Origin: Bryobacterales bacterium
GTDB taxonomy: Bacteria; Acidobacteriota; Terriglobia; Bryobacterales; UBA6623
Length of the DNA: 64,000 nt
Assembly (NCBI GenBank): GCA_963422375.2
Contig: OY729427.2
Coordinates: 1,760,001 to 1,824,000 of the forward strand
Direction of reading: 5' to 3'
Made by a program: the position numbers and the translations under genes. Shown here piece by piece: positions 63,713-64,000 of this stretch (position 1 is its first letter; each line of letters starts with the position of its first letter). The notes beneath the pieces were generated by a model that saw only the letters and a list, made by a program, of their open reading frames with translations, was not told the DNA's origin and made no database searches.

Positions 63713-64000
63713 ATGAAACTCAGATTCGCAATCGTTATCGGCGTGCTCAGTGCCGTCGGTTGCCAGACTGCACCCGAGGGCACGGTGGCCTTCGAGAACG
63801 TCAGCGTTGTCCCGATGGATGCCGAGGGCGTCCTGGAATCGCAAACCGTCCTGGTGTACGCCGGCCGCATCACCGAGATGGGGCCGGCGGACGAGACATC
63901 GGTCCCGAGAGGGGCGCAAGTCGTTGACGGCCGTGGCCGGTACCTGCTGCCCGGATTGACCGAGATGCACGCCCACCTGCCGGGACCGGACGCCCCGGCC
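63713..64000 (+). CDS. Amidohydrolase family lipoprotein (partial, runs off the window)
   Basis: Manual translation MKLRFAIVIGVLSAVGC...FENVSVVPM...QTVLV..GRI...VDGRGRYLLPGLTEMHAH; GGAGG RBS. Confidence 0.88.
   Translation, partial: MKLRFAIVIGVLSAVGCQTAPEGTVAFENVSVVPMDAEGVLESQTVLVYAGRITEMGPADETSVPRGAQVVDGRGRYLLPGLTEMHAHLPGPDAPA

Noticed and set aside
1..64000. CRISPR arrays, tRNA and rRNA genes
   Set aside because: No regularly spaced repeats, cloverleaf/T-loop context or rRNA signatures seen by eye; a scan could still find something I missed

Overview
GC-rich (visually about 70%) bacterial chromosome segment. Gene content suggests Acidobacteriota, Bryobacterales-like (inference from the Acidobacteria-type TonB receptor, DUF1501/DUF1553 pair, futalosine pathway and the lipoprotein after hslU). 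Housekeeping blocks (hslVU; mqnE/ubiA-like/trpC/fabG/fabD; meaB-mce; hemE-hemG) alternate with patches of decayed mobile and defence DNA (IS1595, Rpn, ISNCY, IS4, two tnpB remnants, a DUF2442/DUF4160 TA pair, a type III restriction fragment). Highlights: (1) an intact 1398-aa topoisomerase III-RecQ-HRDC fusion; (2) a rhodanese lipoprotein whose catalytic Cys codon is an in-frame TGA, probably selenocysteine; (3) a 255-bp TA-flanked MITE (3 full copies plus 1 partial) carrying tandem NrdR-box-like sites 32 bp apart, with one copy inserted in the -10 box of a B3-Q metallo-beta-lactamase gene; (4) tnpB remnants apparently bounded by terminal inverted repeats; (5) a ~120-nt sRNA candidate with its own promoter and terminator; (6) pseudogenes decaying mainly by A:T->G:C transitions. 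No tRNA, rRNA or CRISPR array was seen. Family calls come from motif recognition only; no database searches were run.
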